In this document: positions 37,860 to 51,740 of the stretch, piece by piece | How the letters are laid out: each line of letters starts with the position of its first letter | Position numbering within the stretch: position 1 is the first letter of the stretch | Assembly (NCBI GenBank): GCA_964016885.1 | Contig: OZ024749.1 | Location: 3,906,001-3,970,000 of the forward strand | Origin: Eledone cirrhosa | Lineage: Eukaryota | DNA: 64,000 bases | Reading direction: 5' to 3' | The notes under the pieces: generated by a model | Told to the model about the DNA's origin: nothing | Seen by the model: only the letters and a program-made list of their open reading frames with translations | Databases searched by the model: none | Program-made: the position numbers and the translations under genes

Positions 37860-40758
37860 CAATCGGTGTTTGCATGCCGTTACAAGCTCGTCTTTTTTTT
37901 AGGAGTTGGCCCTTCGTAAACAGCATTTGTAATGTTTCCTCCGAGCATAAGCTACAGGGACGGCGTCCTCCTGTTTTACCATGCTACACAGGTATCAGAC
38001 TATTGGTCCTAGAGATGATTCATCATATTCTAGAGTTCAAAAGCTAGCTAAACTAAAGAGGTGCTGGCCAGCCCGCCCAGCTAGTGGGATGGCGTCATCT
38101 TATGGTTAAAACAGAACGAAGAAAAGGGCCTCAGTACCCCGCGCGTCAATCGGGCCACGCCAAGACGGCGGAGTGCAACCCGCCAGATCGGTCGGAGGTA
38201 TAGGGTTCATCGTAAGCAAGGAATGGGCTTCGAAGGTCGCTTCTTGCCAGTACATATCGTCACGGATTGGTGTACTGAACGTGAACCTCTCAGGCAAGGC
38301 CACCCACAAGATCGTCCTGACCTACTCTCCCACAAGTGCCAGCGACGACGATGAGGTGGAATAATTCTATCGCCAGCTAGACAAAGTGCTAGCTGTGAAG
38401 TCTACTCACACCGTCGTGATGGGAGACTTCAACACAAAGGTCGGACAGGGACGGCAAGGGGAAGAGTATGTCTGAAGATTTGGCCTAGGAGACCGAAATA
38501 AGATAGGAGAGCGTCTGGTCACCATGGCGGAGGCGAGACGGCTCTACATCCGAAACAGCCTATTCAGGAAGAAAAAGGAGAAGAGATGGACCTGAGTATC
38601 GCCAAATTCTGAACACAGAAACGAGATTGACTACATCTTGGTCGACAAGCGACGCATAATACAGGACGTCTACTTCATAACGCAATTCAACACTGGCAGT
38701 GATCATCGTCTGGTGAGGGCGAGGGTCGTCATCGAACGGACGAGGGAGAAGAAGGCTCTGCATTTGGCGTCGAAGGGAGAATGCGCCCGTGTCTTCAACT
38801 AGGCGCAGCTGCAGGAAGCCATTATGCAGGAAAAGTGGCGTCAAGGAGACGGCATTTAACGCTGACTACGGCTCACTGATAAGGAAACTGAAGGAGTGCT
38901 TGAGGAAGGCTAATGGTGTGTGCCCGAGGGAGAGGAAGGGAAGAGTCTCGGAGGAAACTATGAAGTTTCTTAAGAAGAGGAACAATAGGAGGAGGACACC
39001 TGAAGATTACATCGAATATTCCCTTCTCAGCAGAGCGATACGTCAACAACTGAAGAGAGACTTCGAGGCATACCGGATGGAGAAGCTCCTGAAGGTCGCA
39101 GAGGAAAAGAAGAGCCTCAAGAAATGCGAGAGGGACATGGCAATGTACAGATCAGAGGTGGTAACGACCCTGAAAAACACAGCTGGAGTAACGGTCAGCG
39201 ACAAGAGTGAGGTGGAAAATGTTTGCGAAGACTTCTACACCAAGCTCTTCAAGTCTGCCGGGAATGTGCAGCCGTTGCCGTCACTCCAAAAGGAAGAAAA
39301 TGTGCCACCCGTCCTTGTCGTTGAGGTCGAAAGAGCCGTCGGCTTGATGAAAACCGGAGAGGCGCCAGGGAAAGACGGCATAACATCGGAGGTGTTGAAG
39401 TCAGGCGGAGAGCAGCTCTGGAAAATCCTCGCCGAGCGATTCACATACTATCTGGACAAGGGAAGAATACCCTCACAGTTGAAAGAGTCGAATACCATCC
39501 TGCTATACAAGAAGGGTGATAGAGAAGATCTGAAGAACTACCGACCCATATGCCTGCTGTCTCACGTGTACAAGCTGTTCACGAAGATAATCCTGCACAG
39601 CTTATCACGTCATCTGGACGAAGAGTAACCGAGAGAGCAAGCCGGCTTCCGGAGAAACTACAGCACGATGGATCACATATTTACTCTGACACAACTGCTT
39701 GAGAGAGAAAAAGTGTACAAGATACTCTTTGCCTCGCGTTCGTAGACTACGAGAAGGTCTTCCACTGCTGAACTCGCTGCAGAGGCAAGTAGTCGAGGCG
39801 CAATATGTTAAACTGCTCAGGGAGGCGAGTTTCGGATGCACCACCGACATTTGCTCTGATGTCATCACCGTACGAGTGTCGGTCGAGAAGGGAGTGAAGC
39901 AAGGAGAGACGATCTCTCCAAAACTTTTCACCGCGTGTCTCGAGCAGATTATCAGAGGCATTGACGGGCAAGGTGGTGTCAACATCAACGCGAGATACTT
40001 ACCCACCTCCGTCTCGCTGATGACATCGTACTCATCGCTGAAACCACGCATCAGCTTCAGACCATGGTGACGGAGCTCGACATCAAAAGCTCTGCACTAG
40101 GCCTCAAGATAAACCGCATGAAAACGAAGTGCATGCGGTCCGACAACATACCAACAGGTCGAATGGTGGTTGGCGGTGATGAAATAGAGGAGGTGGAGGA
40201 ATACGTCTACGTGGGAGAAGAAGTGAACATGTGCCAAGACATTGAGAGGGAGATCTCGTGGAGAGTAAGGGCTGGATGGAAGGCGTTCAACGGCATAACA
40301 GATGTGCTCAAGTAAATGTTGGACAAGACCACCCGCGCCAAACTCTTCAATAGCACAGTTTTACCTGGCAGTGAAACTTGGGCTACAACGAAGAGAGAAG
40401 AGCAGAGGCTGGTAACGGCTCAAAGAGCCATGGAGAGATCAATGCTAGGAATCTGGAGAGAGCACATCAGGAGCGAAGTCATCAGACAGAAGTCCGGCGT
40501 GAGGGACGTCATCACGGAATATATGCTCAGCAAGTTCAGATGGGCTGGACACGTCGCCCGGTTAACCGATATTCGGTGGACCCACGCATTTGCCGCGAGC
40601 GGAAACGACCAATCAGAAGGCCTCCGGGAGGGTGGAGTTACGATTTTAAAAATACGATTGGGACTACGTGGATGAGGAAAGCACGATTCAGAGAGGAATG
40701 GACGGCGTGCTGTGACCAGTGGCGCTGAATGGACACCCGACAGACTGGTTTTCAAGGT
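37860..40758 (+). mobile_element. RTE-clade non-LTR retrotransposon (APE endonuclease + RT), pseudogenised
   Basis: APE motifs GGIGFIV, YSPTS, MGDFNTKVG, NEIDYIL, SDHRLV. RT motifs APGKDGI, KNYRPICLL, EQAGFR, GVKQGETISPKLF, LADDIV. C-terminal KFRWAGHVARLTD. Stops and frameshifts. Confidence 0.95.
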
Positions 40759-40788
40759 GATATATATATATATATATATACATATATT

Positions 40789-40879
<91 letters not shown>

Positions 40880-41830
40880 AAGGCCCAACTGTGGCATATG
40901 CATAAATCTAATAGAAGGTTCAACATTCCATTTTAAACAAGGACAACATTTCAGTGTTAAACACAACTTTACATGTACATCTGAAAACCTAATCTATGTG
41001 TTGACTTCCTCAGGTTGTTAAGAGCACTACATAGGACAGACAAAAAACAGCCTCCGACAACGTATGACCGTCCATAAATCACGTTTTAAAATACAGGAAT
41101 ACAGAAACATTTCGCTTAGTGAACATATCGCCAATTGAGCACCCAACCGACTTCCAAACTTTAAAAGTTTCCCCATTTACAGACCACGCTACTTTCATTC
41201 ATCGTACCAATAATGAAACGTATTTCATTAACAAATTCCAACCTCTACTTAATGCACTAAACTTCGGATTAAACTAAAACTGGAATGAACAATGAAACAT
41301 TTACAAATACCTATGTCTCTCTATAGAATAACCTCCCATACACCCTACATAATCATTTTTCTTAAATAAATTAAATATCATCCAGCATTTCTCTCCCACA
41401 CTGAATTACCTCCCCCTGCATATTAACTCACTAAAAAGGGAAATCATATCAAACCCCAGTCCACCATTTGCCTCCACCATGGATCGACTAAGCACTCTTG
41501 CTATGTTAACACATTTTGATCTGCATATCTCCAAGAACTATACCTGTAAATAACATTATTTTTTCTTCCGCATTGCCTTATTATGCTCCACATTACGATA
41601 CTATTTTTTTTCTTTTTTTTTTCACTTCATAAACCTTGTTTATAAATAACATTATTCTCTCTGCACCATTTCTTTAACCTGTCCAACACCACCATTCTAC
41701 ACCAATACATATTATTCTCATTTGATAATGCATAAAAATGCTGAATCGGGTAATAGACAATTATTAAATATATAAATAAATAAATAAATGCCATTGTTAA
41801 TTAATAAATAAATCAACTAATGCCTTAACA
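40880..41830 (+). mobile_element. Penelope-like element 3' fragment: GIY-YIG endonuclease remnant + C-rich UTR + decayed U3:A8 HHR (41716-41757)
   Basis: [34 protein letters not shown]...ETYFINKFQPLLN, followed by TCTcAT-TTGATAA-tGCATaaaaATGCt-GAAtcgggTA^ATAGA. Confidence 0.8.
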
Positions 41831-44800
41831 CTTCACACAAAGTAAAATATTTCGTTTTAATCATGTTCTAACCCACAAAAAAAGAGAGAAAAAAATAAAA
41901 AGGGAAAAAGTGTATTGTTCTTCATTATAATCGTCTTTTTCCCCTGTTTTCATATATATAAATATATATAATATAACTTAGAGTTTACACTCAATGGGGT
42001 CATTTACAATTATTTCAGCTCTAAGAATCGCTTGTATTTGAATTAAGATATTTCAATCTAACGATTTTATTAGTTATTTGCAACTTAAACATGTAAATCT
42101 TTATCAAATATTAATATATATATATATATATATGTGTGTACGTATATATATATATATATATGCATATATATATATATTGTTATACTCTGGGAGGGTCATG
42201 CTGCTAAGAAAAATTCACGCACCTGCTGGATTTTCGCTTCAATTTATTATAAATTCCCGGTTGGCTGGTTCGATAACCGAATGGTTGGTTATATACTGTC
42301 GAAGCTCTTTTGTCACACATTCTCTGACCTCCTAAGTGGCTGGGTTTTATATTTTCTATCTCTCCTTTGTTAAGTTCTACACCATCTTATTTTTGGAACA
42401 AACAATTAAGCAGATTAGGAAAATTAATTATCATAATGCTCCTTGGTGGAACGACATTTATTTATTGTATTCTTTGAAAACGTTAAAATCTATGGGGAAA
42501 TTATCGACGATAAAGATTTTCAACTCTTGATGGATTTTAACTAATGCTTGCCATGAAGTTGAATCGCTATTTATGTTCATCTCCCTTGCAATCCCTAGGG
42601 GTTACATATTTGGTATATGGTCCAGCGAGCCCACTAAAATATATGCCTCACTCGCACTGGTTTTATAGGAAAATATGTGAAAAAATAAAATGCTGAGGAT
42701 TTTTTTACTGTAATGTTCATTCGTTTATATCTCTGTAAAACTGTAGTGGAGTGGAACGAAGCGAATTGAAATGCAATGGGAGAGGGTGTGGTATGTTTAT
42801 ATGATAGAAAGATACCTAGTTTAGATATGTTGCAGGAAAATATTCCCGATACCTGATTATGAATCTCCATAATCCAAATATTTTCGTTATTTTCGTTTTT
42901 ACTTCTTCTCTGCAGGAATTTTGTAATAAACTCGAAATATCACTTTCGTTAGCAATCCAGTACTAAAACCGACATCCGCTGCAATATTTATAGCTAAATA
43001 CTCATGATCTGCTGTGGATAGAATGTATAATAATTTCACACAATATAAGACGCCCCTATACCTTACATCGACATATTTCCGTTTCAACAACAAAAGCACT
43101 AGCTGCTTGCTAATGAAGCAACTAAACTGCCATCTCATATAAATAAATAATTAAAGGATTTATTCCAAGACATTCTGCGATAGGAGAATCAAAGCAGTTG
43201 GAGAGGGGGATATGTCAGAGTACACCGCCGTTGCTATTTTATGCAGAAATTCCGACAATGATTGATGTTTGATCATGGTAGTTTTGAAAGATGAAAATTT
43301 AGCATATGAATAGCATCAAACCTGAATCGATCTATCTAATACTAATTTATGCTTAGTTCATCTCACCTCTTATTATTCCCTGATATAATTTTCTCTTTTT
43401 CTGTTTATTACCATCGGAATATCACTACGTTGTGAGTATAAAAGCGTATTCTTTAATGTTAACAGCTGCAGGTTTGACATTAACGATATCACGCAATTAT
43501 GCATCCACGAAGACACGGAGAGAGGAAACTGCAAATGAATGCATCGAACAGGAATATTATCATAAAACCTTAAGTTAGTTGTTGCAGATTATCAATAATT
43601 TTACGACCTGCCAATATGCTCTGAACATGTGAACTTTGGAAAGAGTGATTTTTTTTTGTATATATACGCTGCATTGAATTGTGAGAATCAACCAGCTATT
43701 AACAAAGCGATCAATCTGGTTTGTTAAGAACCTGTTATTCGTGTCACAAAAGGACGCTTTTTATTCGAAAGCTAATAAATACACATCTGTATGTAAATTA
43801 GCTAATTATTTATCTTAGGATTTCATTATCAACATCTGACGACTTATTAATGCTCACATATGAAGTTTCATGATAATGCCTTGTTTCTAAAATATTTCTA
43901 TCTGAATCTGCAATATATTATATATAATAATATCATCGGTTAAGTAATACGTGGCATTTGCAGGTTAATACATAATGAAAGTATTAACCCAAATGTAAAG
44001 CATTGAACTTTGAACAATAAACGAGAGAGAATCCACTGTCACTCTTTTTGCGCAAGCTACCAGCCTCATGTCTTTCATAGGCTATCTTGTTATTCAAAGC
44101 AAGAGGAAAAGCACACAGTTAATAGAGGCCTAGAAGTAGAATATATGGAATGTTTTTTTGTGGTTATTTTCAGTTAAAGCTTACATTGGACTAAATAATG
44201 TCCCCCCCGCCCTCCAAATTTAAAGAACCCGTGCTGACGTAGGTAGGTAAAACCCAGCTCAATATACATATGGGGTCACATTTATGAGCCGTGTGACAAA
44301 GTTAATTTTATTGTTTTGGCAAGTTATTGGGAAATATTTTCTCATAGAACAGCGTATTTGCGTGAATGGAATAATGCCTAACAGAGAAGAATGTTGATCA
44401 ACTTTAGATAGAATAGATCCTTCTTTGCGAATGAACAAGGAGATTTTCGTCATTAAAGCGTTTGTGATGCATTCACTATAGAAACAGGATCTCTCAAAAT
44501 GTAAATATTTTGTGCAACCAACATTTTATGAATGTTTTCTCGACATCAACAGATAATTTAGTAAATATTTGCTTGTTTAATTGTTACTTGTGAAAAAGCT
44601 TTCGTCACACACATCCCGTGTGTTGTACATCCCTCTTCCTCTGTGTTTCCCCCGCTTCTATTTTCTCCATCTTTTTTTTATGTGCGTTGTTATCAGTTTT
44701 AGGTAATGAATAACTGTTATAAAACTAGGGGACCGTAATGTAACGTGAATACTTTAATGGTGGAGCCGTTAATCCTGCAATCGCAACCGCCACGTAACAC

Positions 44801-45383
44801 ACATGGGTATCTGGAAAGTTATATGGAGATTAACATGTGATGGATACCACGCAATGATTGCATGTGTAGTCACTGGAACTCTTCACTTCAAGAATACTTT
44901 AGACATAGGTAAACATACCATTGACTTAGTATTAATTATAATTTAGATCAATTGCAATACGTCGGTTATTTTAACATGATTATTTTGGACAAGCTACGTT
45001 CACATCTATGATGTTGTACTTAATAACATAAAGAAGAAATACTCCAAAAGTTTGATGTAGTACACATGATATAGTTTGAAATGTGACAGCATCGTATCAT
45101 AATATCCTGTTCTGTAATTTCACTTGTTAATCGTTGTCGATTTTACTCAACTTATAAATGCATTCAGCCAAACATAAATTTCAGAATAAAAAACTAAGAT
45201 AAACCTGGTTATCACATATACATATTCTGTGTTATTTGTTTTTCATTTTAGAATTAGATGCATTTGGAAATGACTTAAACGACGCTGTATGTTTAAAGAG
45301 ATCACTTCACAATCAACATTTTCTTGGATCAATCTCATCTTGCGCCTCATGTGCAAATTTTTCTTTTCATCATTTTATATATA

Positions 45384-45573
45384 ATAATTGTTTCTACAGT
45401 TGGCACAAGGCCAGCAATTACTCAGTGCATTACTGGTACTTTATTTTATCGACCCTGTACGGATGAAAGGCAAAGATAACGTCGACGGGTTTTGAACTCA
45501 GACCGTAAAAGGACGTAACAATGCTGGAAAGCATGGCGTCCGACCCTCTACCGATATTGCCAAATCACCGCCC
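45384..45573 (-). mobile_element. tRNA-derived SINE, full length
   Basis: Reverse complement of the consensus. Confidence 0.92.
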
Positions 45574-45664
45574 TATGTTATATATAATAATGGAGGGAAA
45601 ATGTGGGACTATGTAGAATTGACACTTCCACCTCTCATTCAATATATATATATATATATATATA

Positions 45665-45775
<111 letters not shown>

Positions 45776-45819
45776 AAGTTAAATAAAAGTCAAATGATTA
45801 AAATTCAGCTTCGTTTGTT

Positions 45820-45874
45820 ACTGCTATATATATTTCAGCGACAGCCATCTTTGGCTGTGACCTCTTCAGGCAGT
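45820..45874 (-). ncRNA. Type I hammerhead ribozyme
   Basis: Minus strand: ACTGC-CTGAAGA-ggtcACAGCCAaagaTGGCTGTcgct-GAAA-TATATA-TA^GCAGT, ~50 nt from a (TA)n tract. Confidence 0.9.
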
Positions 45875-45984
45875 TTCAATTAGTATGGTATAGACAAGTA
45901 CATATGTTATTTAGGTGTATAATATTGTCAATACTCTGATATGCCCAGTACCTTGTTGGGTTGTTAATTCACTGATATATATAT

Positions 45985-46172
45985 TAAGCTATCGCCGTAA
46001 TTTGACTAAAGAAATTAAAGAAATGATTTAGCTTGATAGAAAAAGATGAGTATTGACGTACATATACGTCAATACTCACCCTCTTCCATTTCTCCGAGGG
46101 TTCTTAACCCCAATATCAGGCTAAATAAATAATTTCTTTAATTTCTTCAGTCAAAATACGGCGATAGCTTAC
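45985..46172. repeat. Imperfect inverted repeat with inner hairpin GAGTATTGACGTA..TACGTCAATACTC
   Basis: AAGCTATCGCCGTA..AAGAAATTAAAGAAAT and its reverse complement. A related sequence occurs at ~58260-58325. Confidence 0.75.
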
Positions 46173-46221
46173 ATTTCTAATAATTTGCAAACCACTCGCT
46201 GTTTCGAAAATATTCTTACTT

Positions 46222-46270
<49 letters not shown>

Positions 46271-46641
46271 GGGGTAACAAATAATAGATAAATGCAGTCC
46301 ACTTAGGTATAGTCCAGTTATGGTATTCCAGGTAGTGGATGATATCAACGCTTGGCTTGGTTTGACTCAACAAGGCGTTTTCATAGTGATGCTGCGGGTA
46401 TGCTGTAATTCCTATGTTGTAAACACTTGGAGTAATAATAAATCAGGAAAGAAGGTTGACATGGTTTGCTATACAAAAAAGATTTTTAATCTCATAGCTG
46501 ACAATTGTTTCTCTGATATTTATCGTCATCCGTACGCCCGGCCGACTAACTCACTCGATATGCAAATTAGGCTACTCACCCGTTAATATGCATAAGTAAA
46601 GTATATACTTTCAAACGTTCAATCATCTGACAGTAAGGTAT

Positions 46642-46684
46642 ACGATGCTGAAGATAGCTAATAAGCCTGAAACAAGTTCATCGT
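46642..46684 (+). ncRNA. Minimal type I hammerhead (family X, copy 1; element ~46525-46870)
   Basis: ACGATG-CTGAAGA-tagctaataagcct-GAAAC-AA-GTT^CATCGT. Confidence 0.85.
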
Positions 46685-46870
46685 TCCCTTGTCAGTCTTG
46701 AACAAAAGGGCAACGATGGTTGCCGAACACTGTACTGGTTAATTCGGGATGTTTGTTTACAAACAAACCGAACATTATAATAAATGTTCGGTAAACCCAA
46801 AGGTACATATATATATATATATATGTGTGCATGTTTGTATTTATATACATACTACTTTACGTATGTACGT

Positions 46871-46928
<58 letters not shown>

Positions 46929-47071
46929 ATAATAATAAATTTGAAGACTAAAATCCAAAGAGGGCTCGATAAGGATAAATATATCAAATATATAAGAACG
47001 GTAGAGCAAATATTTATTAAAATATTTTATATATATATATATATCTGTGTGTGTGTCTATATATGTATATG

Positions 47072-47107
<36 letters not shown>

Positions 47108-47132
47108 TTAGTGTGTGTGTCTATATATATAG

Positions 47133-47288
47133 AGCAATTAGCCACTACATTACTGGTACTTTATTTTATCGACCCCGTAAAGATGAAAGGCAAAGTTAAC
47201 CTCGGCGGGATTTGAACTTAGATCGTAAAGGGACGTAACTATGCTAGAAATCATGGCGTCCAACCCTCTACCGATACTGCCAATTCAC
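47133..47288 (-). mobile_element. tRNA-derived SINE (a further 3' fragment lies at 47696-47744)
   Basis: Reverse complement of the consensus. Confidence 0.9.
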
Positions 47289-47340
47289 ATAGAATAATGA
47301 AATACAAAGTAGTTCAGATGTTAACATTCCTTTATTAAAA

Positions 47341-47420
47341 GACCTTTATATATATTTCGATAATAGAAGAAGCCACGTAATTCCGTGTTATATCCAGTGC
47401 CATGATCTCATCAGACAGCT
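47341..47420 (-). ncRNA. Type I hammerhead-like motif with weak stem I
   Basis: Minus strand: gctgt-CTGATGA-GAT...ATC-GAAA-TATATA-TA^aaggt. Confidence 0.55.
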
Positions 47421-47825
47421 TCTTACATAATAAAGTTACTTTTATTAGGCAATTCAAGTTCGAAGTGACAAAGGAACGGACTAACAGGATGTTTTTGAAG
47501 CGATTGTCCATTCTCCTATGAGCTTCAATCAGTTCTTATGGCTGTGCGCATGCGTAAAACAGCACATTCCCCAAACACCACAGCAGCTTTGAACCAGACT
47601 GAACCAGTATCAGAGTTAAAAATACATTATGAAGAGAGAAGAAACATTTAGATATAATTAGTAATAAAATGTATCATACCTAAACTATATATAACTGTTT
47701 CTACTTTAGGCACAAGGCCAGCAATTACCCAGTAAATTACTGGTAAACGGAAGAGATGTAGTAAGTACCAGGTGGACCATAACGCACCAAAGTACTCAAT
47801 ACTTAGTGTAGTAGAGTGGGTAATA

Positions 47826-47938
47826 GGAACGAGTAGGACCCGACGGCTGAGCTCAAGCCGTTTCGACGGCTAATTCTGGACAGTCCAGAATTAGCCGTCG
47901 AAACGGCTTCAGCTCAGCCGTGGGGGTTCTGCTCGTTC

Positions 47939-47939
<1 letters not shown>
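47826..47939. repeat. Fold-back palindrome (~56-bp arms, 1-nt loop) made from the 3' half of an HHR
   Basis: ...GACGGCTAATTCTGGAC-A-GTCCAGAATTAGCCGTC-GAAACGGCTtcAGCTCAGCCGT... Confidence 0.9.
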
Positions 47940-47986
<47 letters not shown>

Positions 47987-47994
<8 letters not shown>

Positions 47995-48310
47995 AGATCA
48001 AAAGATGGTTAAAGGAGTTCCATATATTTTATTATGCGCATTTCAAAAACAAACATCATCAAGCAATAATATTTGTGTTTTCATCAGATAAAACAGGAGA
48101 ACATGATATGAAGGCTAAAAAACACTTGTTGATAGTGCAGTTTTAAATCAACATAACTGCACTATCAACAAGTGTTTTTTAGCCTTCATATCATGTTCTC
48201 CTGTTTTATCTGATGAAAACACAAATATTATTGCTTGATGATGTTTGTTTTTGAAATGCGCATAATAAAATATATGGAACTCCTTTAACCATCTTTTGAT
48301 CTTATATTAT
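47987..48310. repeat. Perfect fold-back palindrome (~156-bp arms, 12-nt loop) plus an 86-bp tail to 48396
   Basis: 47987-48142 is the reverse complement of 48155-48310. Flanked by (TA)n. Confidence 0.97.
48204..48270 (+). ncRNA. Type I hammerhead ribozyme (mirror copy on the - strand at 48027-48093)
   Basis: TTTTAT-CTGATGA-AAACacAAATATTATT gctt GATGATGTTTGTTTtt-GAAA-TGCGCA-TA^ATAAAA. Confidence 0.9.
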
Positions 48311-48421
48311 GCATACTCCAGTCCCACAAACTGTAGAGTGCTTCTTATCCGATATCTGCATTGCTTTATTGTACTACAATAAAACTCACCTCCTACATAT
48401 ATATATATATATATATATATA

Positions 48422-49648
48422 CAGGGTGGGTCATTATTTCTGTTACACTGTCTGAAATCAATTTAAAAATACATTATGTTGCTAATATTACTAATAGGTT
48501 TGTATCAAATCCATGCACTATAACCATATTAACTATTTTTCAGAACATTACTCCATTAACAATGTGCAATGTCCATAGAATTGGAAAGAAAGTTCATAAT
48601 AGAGAAGCATGGAAAAGGCCTGACTCCACCCTAGATATTTAAACTGAGAAACATTCTCAAGATGAATAGAATGTTGATCAAACGGACAATCGATCGATTT
48701 AAGGAAACTTCCTCGACCAAAGACAGACCTCAATCCGGACGCCCTCGCCCCTCAAGAACGCCAAAACTCGTTAAAAGTGTGAGGGAAAAAATAAAGCGTA
48801 ATCAAAGAAGGTCCATGAGAAAACGGCAGAAGCAGAAACATCGCCGAGAACTATGCGGAGAATATGTCGAGATGATCTGGGGATGTCACCATATAAGTTT
48901 CAAAAGAGGCAGCTTCTTTCTCCTGCCACAATTGAAAATATTCTCTCCAGAAGTAAACTGTTATTGAACCGTATCATGGATGGCACCGAGTATTTGCAAA
49001 AAGTCTCAAATCAATTCCTTCAAGTGTAGGAAAAGTGTTCAGAACACAGAAACCAGTATCAGTGATGGTTTGGGCAGCCATTTCTGAAATAGAGAAGTCT
49101 CCTCTGATTGTTGTGCCTCAAGGAGTTAAAATTAACAAAGAACTTTGCATAAAGGATATTTTGGAAGGAACACTGATGCCATGGTGCACATCTGTTTATG
49201 GCGATGATATATGGACTCTCCAACAAGATGGAGCGACGAACCACACTGCTCGCGTAACACATCAGTGGTGTAGAGACCATTGTCCTGCATGGATCAGTAA
49301 GGAAGAGTGGCCGCCCACATCACCAGATCTCAATTCTCGATATTTATTTATGGTTAATTCTTGAGAGTGAAGATTGCTCTACTCCTAGCCAAAATATTGA
49401 AACTCTAAAATCAAAACTGATTAAAGTATGGGAGAATATACCCATGGAAACTGTTCGTGCAGCCATCGAAGACTTTCCTAGAAGACTTCGAGCAGTAGTG
49501 AGAGCTAGAAGAAAGCATTTCGAATACATTTGTGTGCAGTTGTTTAACAGTATATTACTTACTATTTGGTGATGTCAGATCTTGAAATAAATGTTTTTTC
49601 AAGAACTATTTGCATTTTATTTTGTATCAGTTTTTATGCTACACCCAG
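48422..49648 (+). mobile_element. Tc1/mariner DD37D (maT-type) DNA transposon, decayed and internally deleted
   Basis: TA-flanked diverged TIRs CAGGGTG../..CACCCAG. DRPQSGRPR AT-hook, SVMVWAAIS, QQDGATNH, WPPTSPDLN. Spacing from QQD to the post-SPDLN position is about 37 aa. Confidence 0.9.
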
Positions 49649-49744
49649 TATATATATAGTTGGTGTGGGATGCTTAACGCGTTCGTAAGCGGTTGACCGT
49701 TTGAGTATCGAGCTCTTACAGAGCAGAGTATGATATCACATAAG

Positions 49745-49806
49745 AAACGGAGAATCAGAGTTGCGACGAATAAAATGTATTCGTCGGAACACTGATTCTC
49801 CGTTTA
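49745..49806. repeat. Short imperfect palindrome
   Basis: AAACGGAGAATCAG..CGACGAATA aaatg TATTCGTCG..CTGATTCTCCGTTT. Confidence 0.8.
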
Positions 49807-50088
49807 GTATGTTATATATATATATCAATGGAAAAGAATGAAACGAAATTTCATTTCTCACTCTTAGTACGGTTGATACCTAAATATAAGTATGTATACG
49901 TACATACATATATGTGTACAGACGTACAGTAGTATGTATATTTATACATACATGCACACATATATATATGTATGTATTGGTTTACCGGACATTTATTATA
50001 ATGTTCGGTTTGCTTGTAAACAAACAGTCCGAATTACGCCATACAGTGGTTGGCAACCATCGCCCTTTTTTTCAACACTGACACAGGA

Positions 50089-50131
50089 ACGATGTACTAG
50101 TTTCAACCTTATTAGCTATCATCAGCATCGT
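50089..50131 (-). ncRNA. Minimal type I hammerhead (family X, copy 2; element ~49828-50375 with internal inversion)
   Basis: Minus strand: ACGATG-CTGATGA-tagctaataaggtt-GAAAC-TA-GTA^CATCGT. Confidence 0.87.
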
Positions 50132-50543
50132 ATACCTTTCTGTCAGATGATTGAACGTTTAAAAGTCTTTACTTTCCGTATGCATATTAACGGCTGAGCA
50201 GCCTAATTTGGCGTAATTCGGGCTGTTTGTTTACAAACAAACCGAGCATTATAATAAATGTTCGGTAACCCATACTTACATATATATATACGTGTGCATG
50301 TATGTATATATATATACATACTACTGTACGTCTGTACACATATATGTATGTACGTATACATACTTATATTTATATACATATATAGGGAGTGTAACGTGGA
50401 GTTACTAGAGATGTATGTAGGATGTATGCTGATGTAGGTATATATGATGACGTGTGTATGTTGTGGGTTCGTCTTAGCGAGAAGTGTTTAGACGGGGTCC
50501 GTATTTGTTAATAAAGTGAGATTCCTTGCTGGTGCAATAATAA

Positions 50544-50577
<34 letters not shown>

Positions 50578-50798
50578 ATATATATACATCTATATTGTTT
50601 TGCTAATAGACTATATAAATACATTAACTATATGGAGGTATGAAAGGCACAGGACTGAAAACCAACCCAAACCAAACATTGAGTATGTTCTGTTATTATT
50701 TTTGGCAATATTATAACAATATGACCCTCCCCAAGTAAACAATATGTATATATATATATATATATATATATGTACAGTGAGTGTGTGTGTGTCTGTGT

Positions 50799-50856
<58 letters not shown>

Positions 50857-51527
50857 TAGATAGATAGATAGATGGATAGATAGATAGATAGATACATAGA
50901 TAGATAGATAGATTGACTGATTGATTGATATGAGACTATTTCTTCTTGGTGGTGTTCAGTACGATTATTATTGGGTCGAATCTTCGAACATTTGTCGGGC
51001 CTCTTATTCCTGGATGTGTTCACGGTACCATACTAGCTTCAAGTAGGCCACCATATTATCTCTTCTAAGGAAATAAAGTTCTTATTCATAACGCCTCTAG
51101 CAAATGTACATCAACGAATAAGACAATGAAAATAACAGAATCATCCAATCAAAACGTAATGTCGATCTGAATGCTATACAAAGGAGATATTGAATTTTAG
51201 TTAATCTTATATTTCCAGTGTCCCCTTACTGATTTAACTTCAGAATATATGCCATATTATATATTTCTTTGCAAGTAAAAGTAGAACTCTGTGATATTAT
51301 TAAATAAACATTCGTATTATTAGATAAACATCCACGAACACAAAGATATGCAACATTGCTTGTACATACACAAGATAGTTTATCATATAGGTAGATATAT
51401 AGAAGAATCTGTAGAAACTGTCTATACATATTAAACGATGGAATATGATTTAACTATACCACCAGTCCATCTTGTCACTATACGTTTCGATTTAAAATGA
51501 ATTTGTTTCTAATCCCGAATACATCTT

Positions 51528-51595
<68 letters not shown>

Positions 51596-51609
51596 TCTCT
51601 CTCGCTTTC

Positions 51610-51644
<35 letters not shown>

Positions 51645-51704
51645 TTCCCTCTCTCTTACATATATATGTATATGTGTATGTATGTGTGTGTATACCTAAA
51701 CATA

Positions 51705-51740
<36 letters not shown>

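Noticed and set aside
37860-38110. HDV-like ribozyme at the RTE 5' end (GTCCTCCTGT resembles an L3 motif)
   Set aside because: The nested double pseudoknot (P1/P2/P3/P1.1) could not be built manually. A descriptor search is needed.
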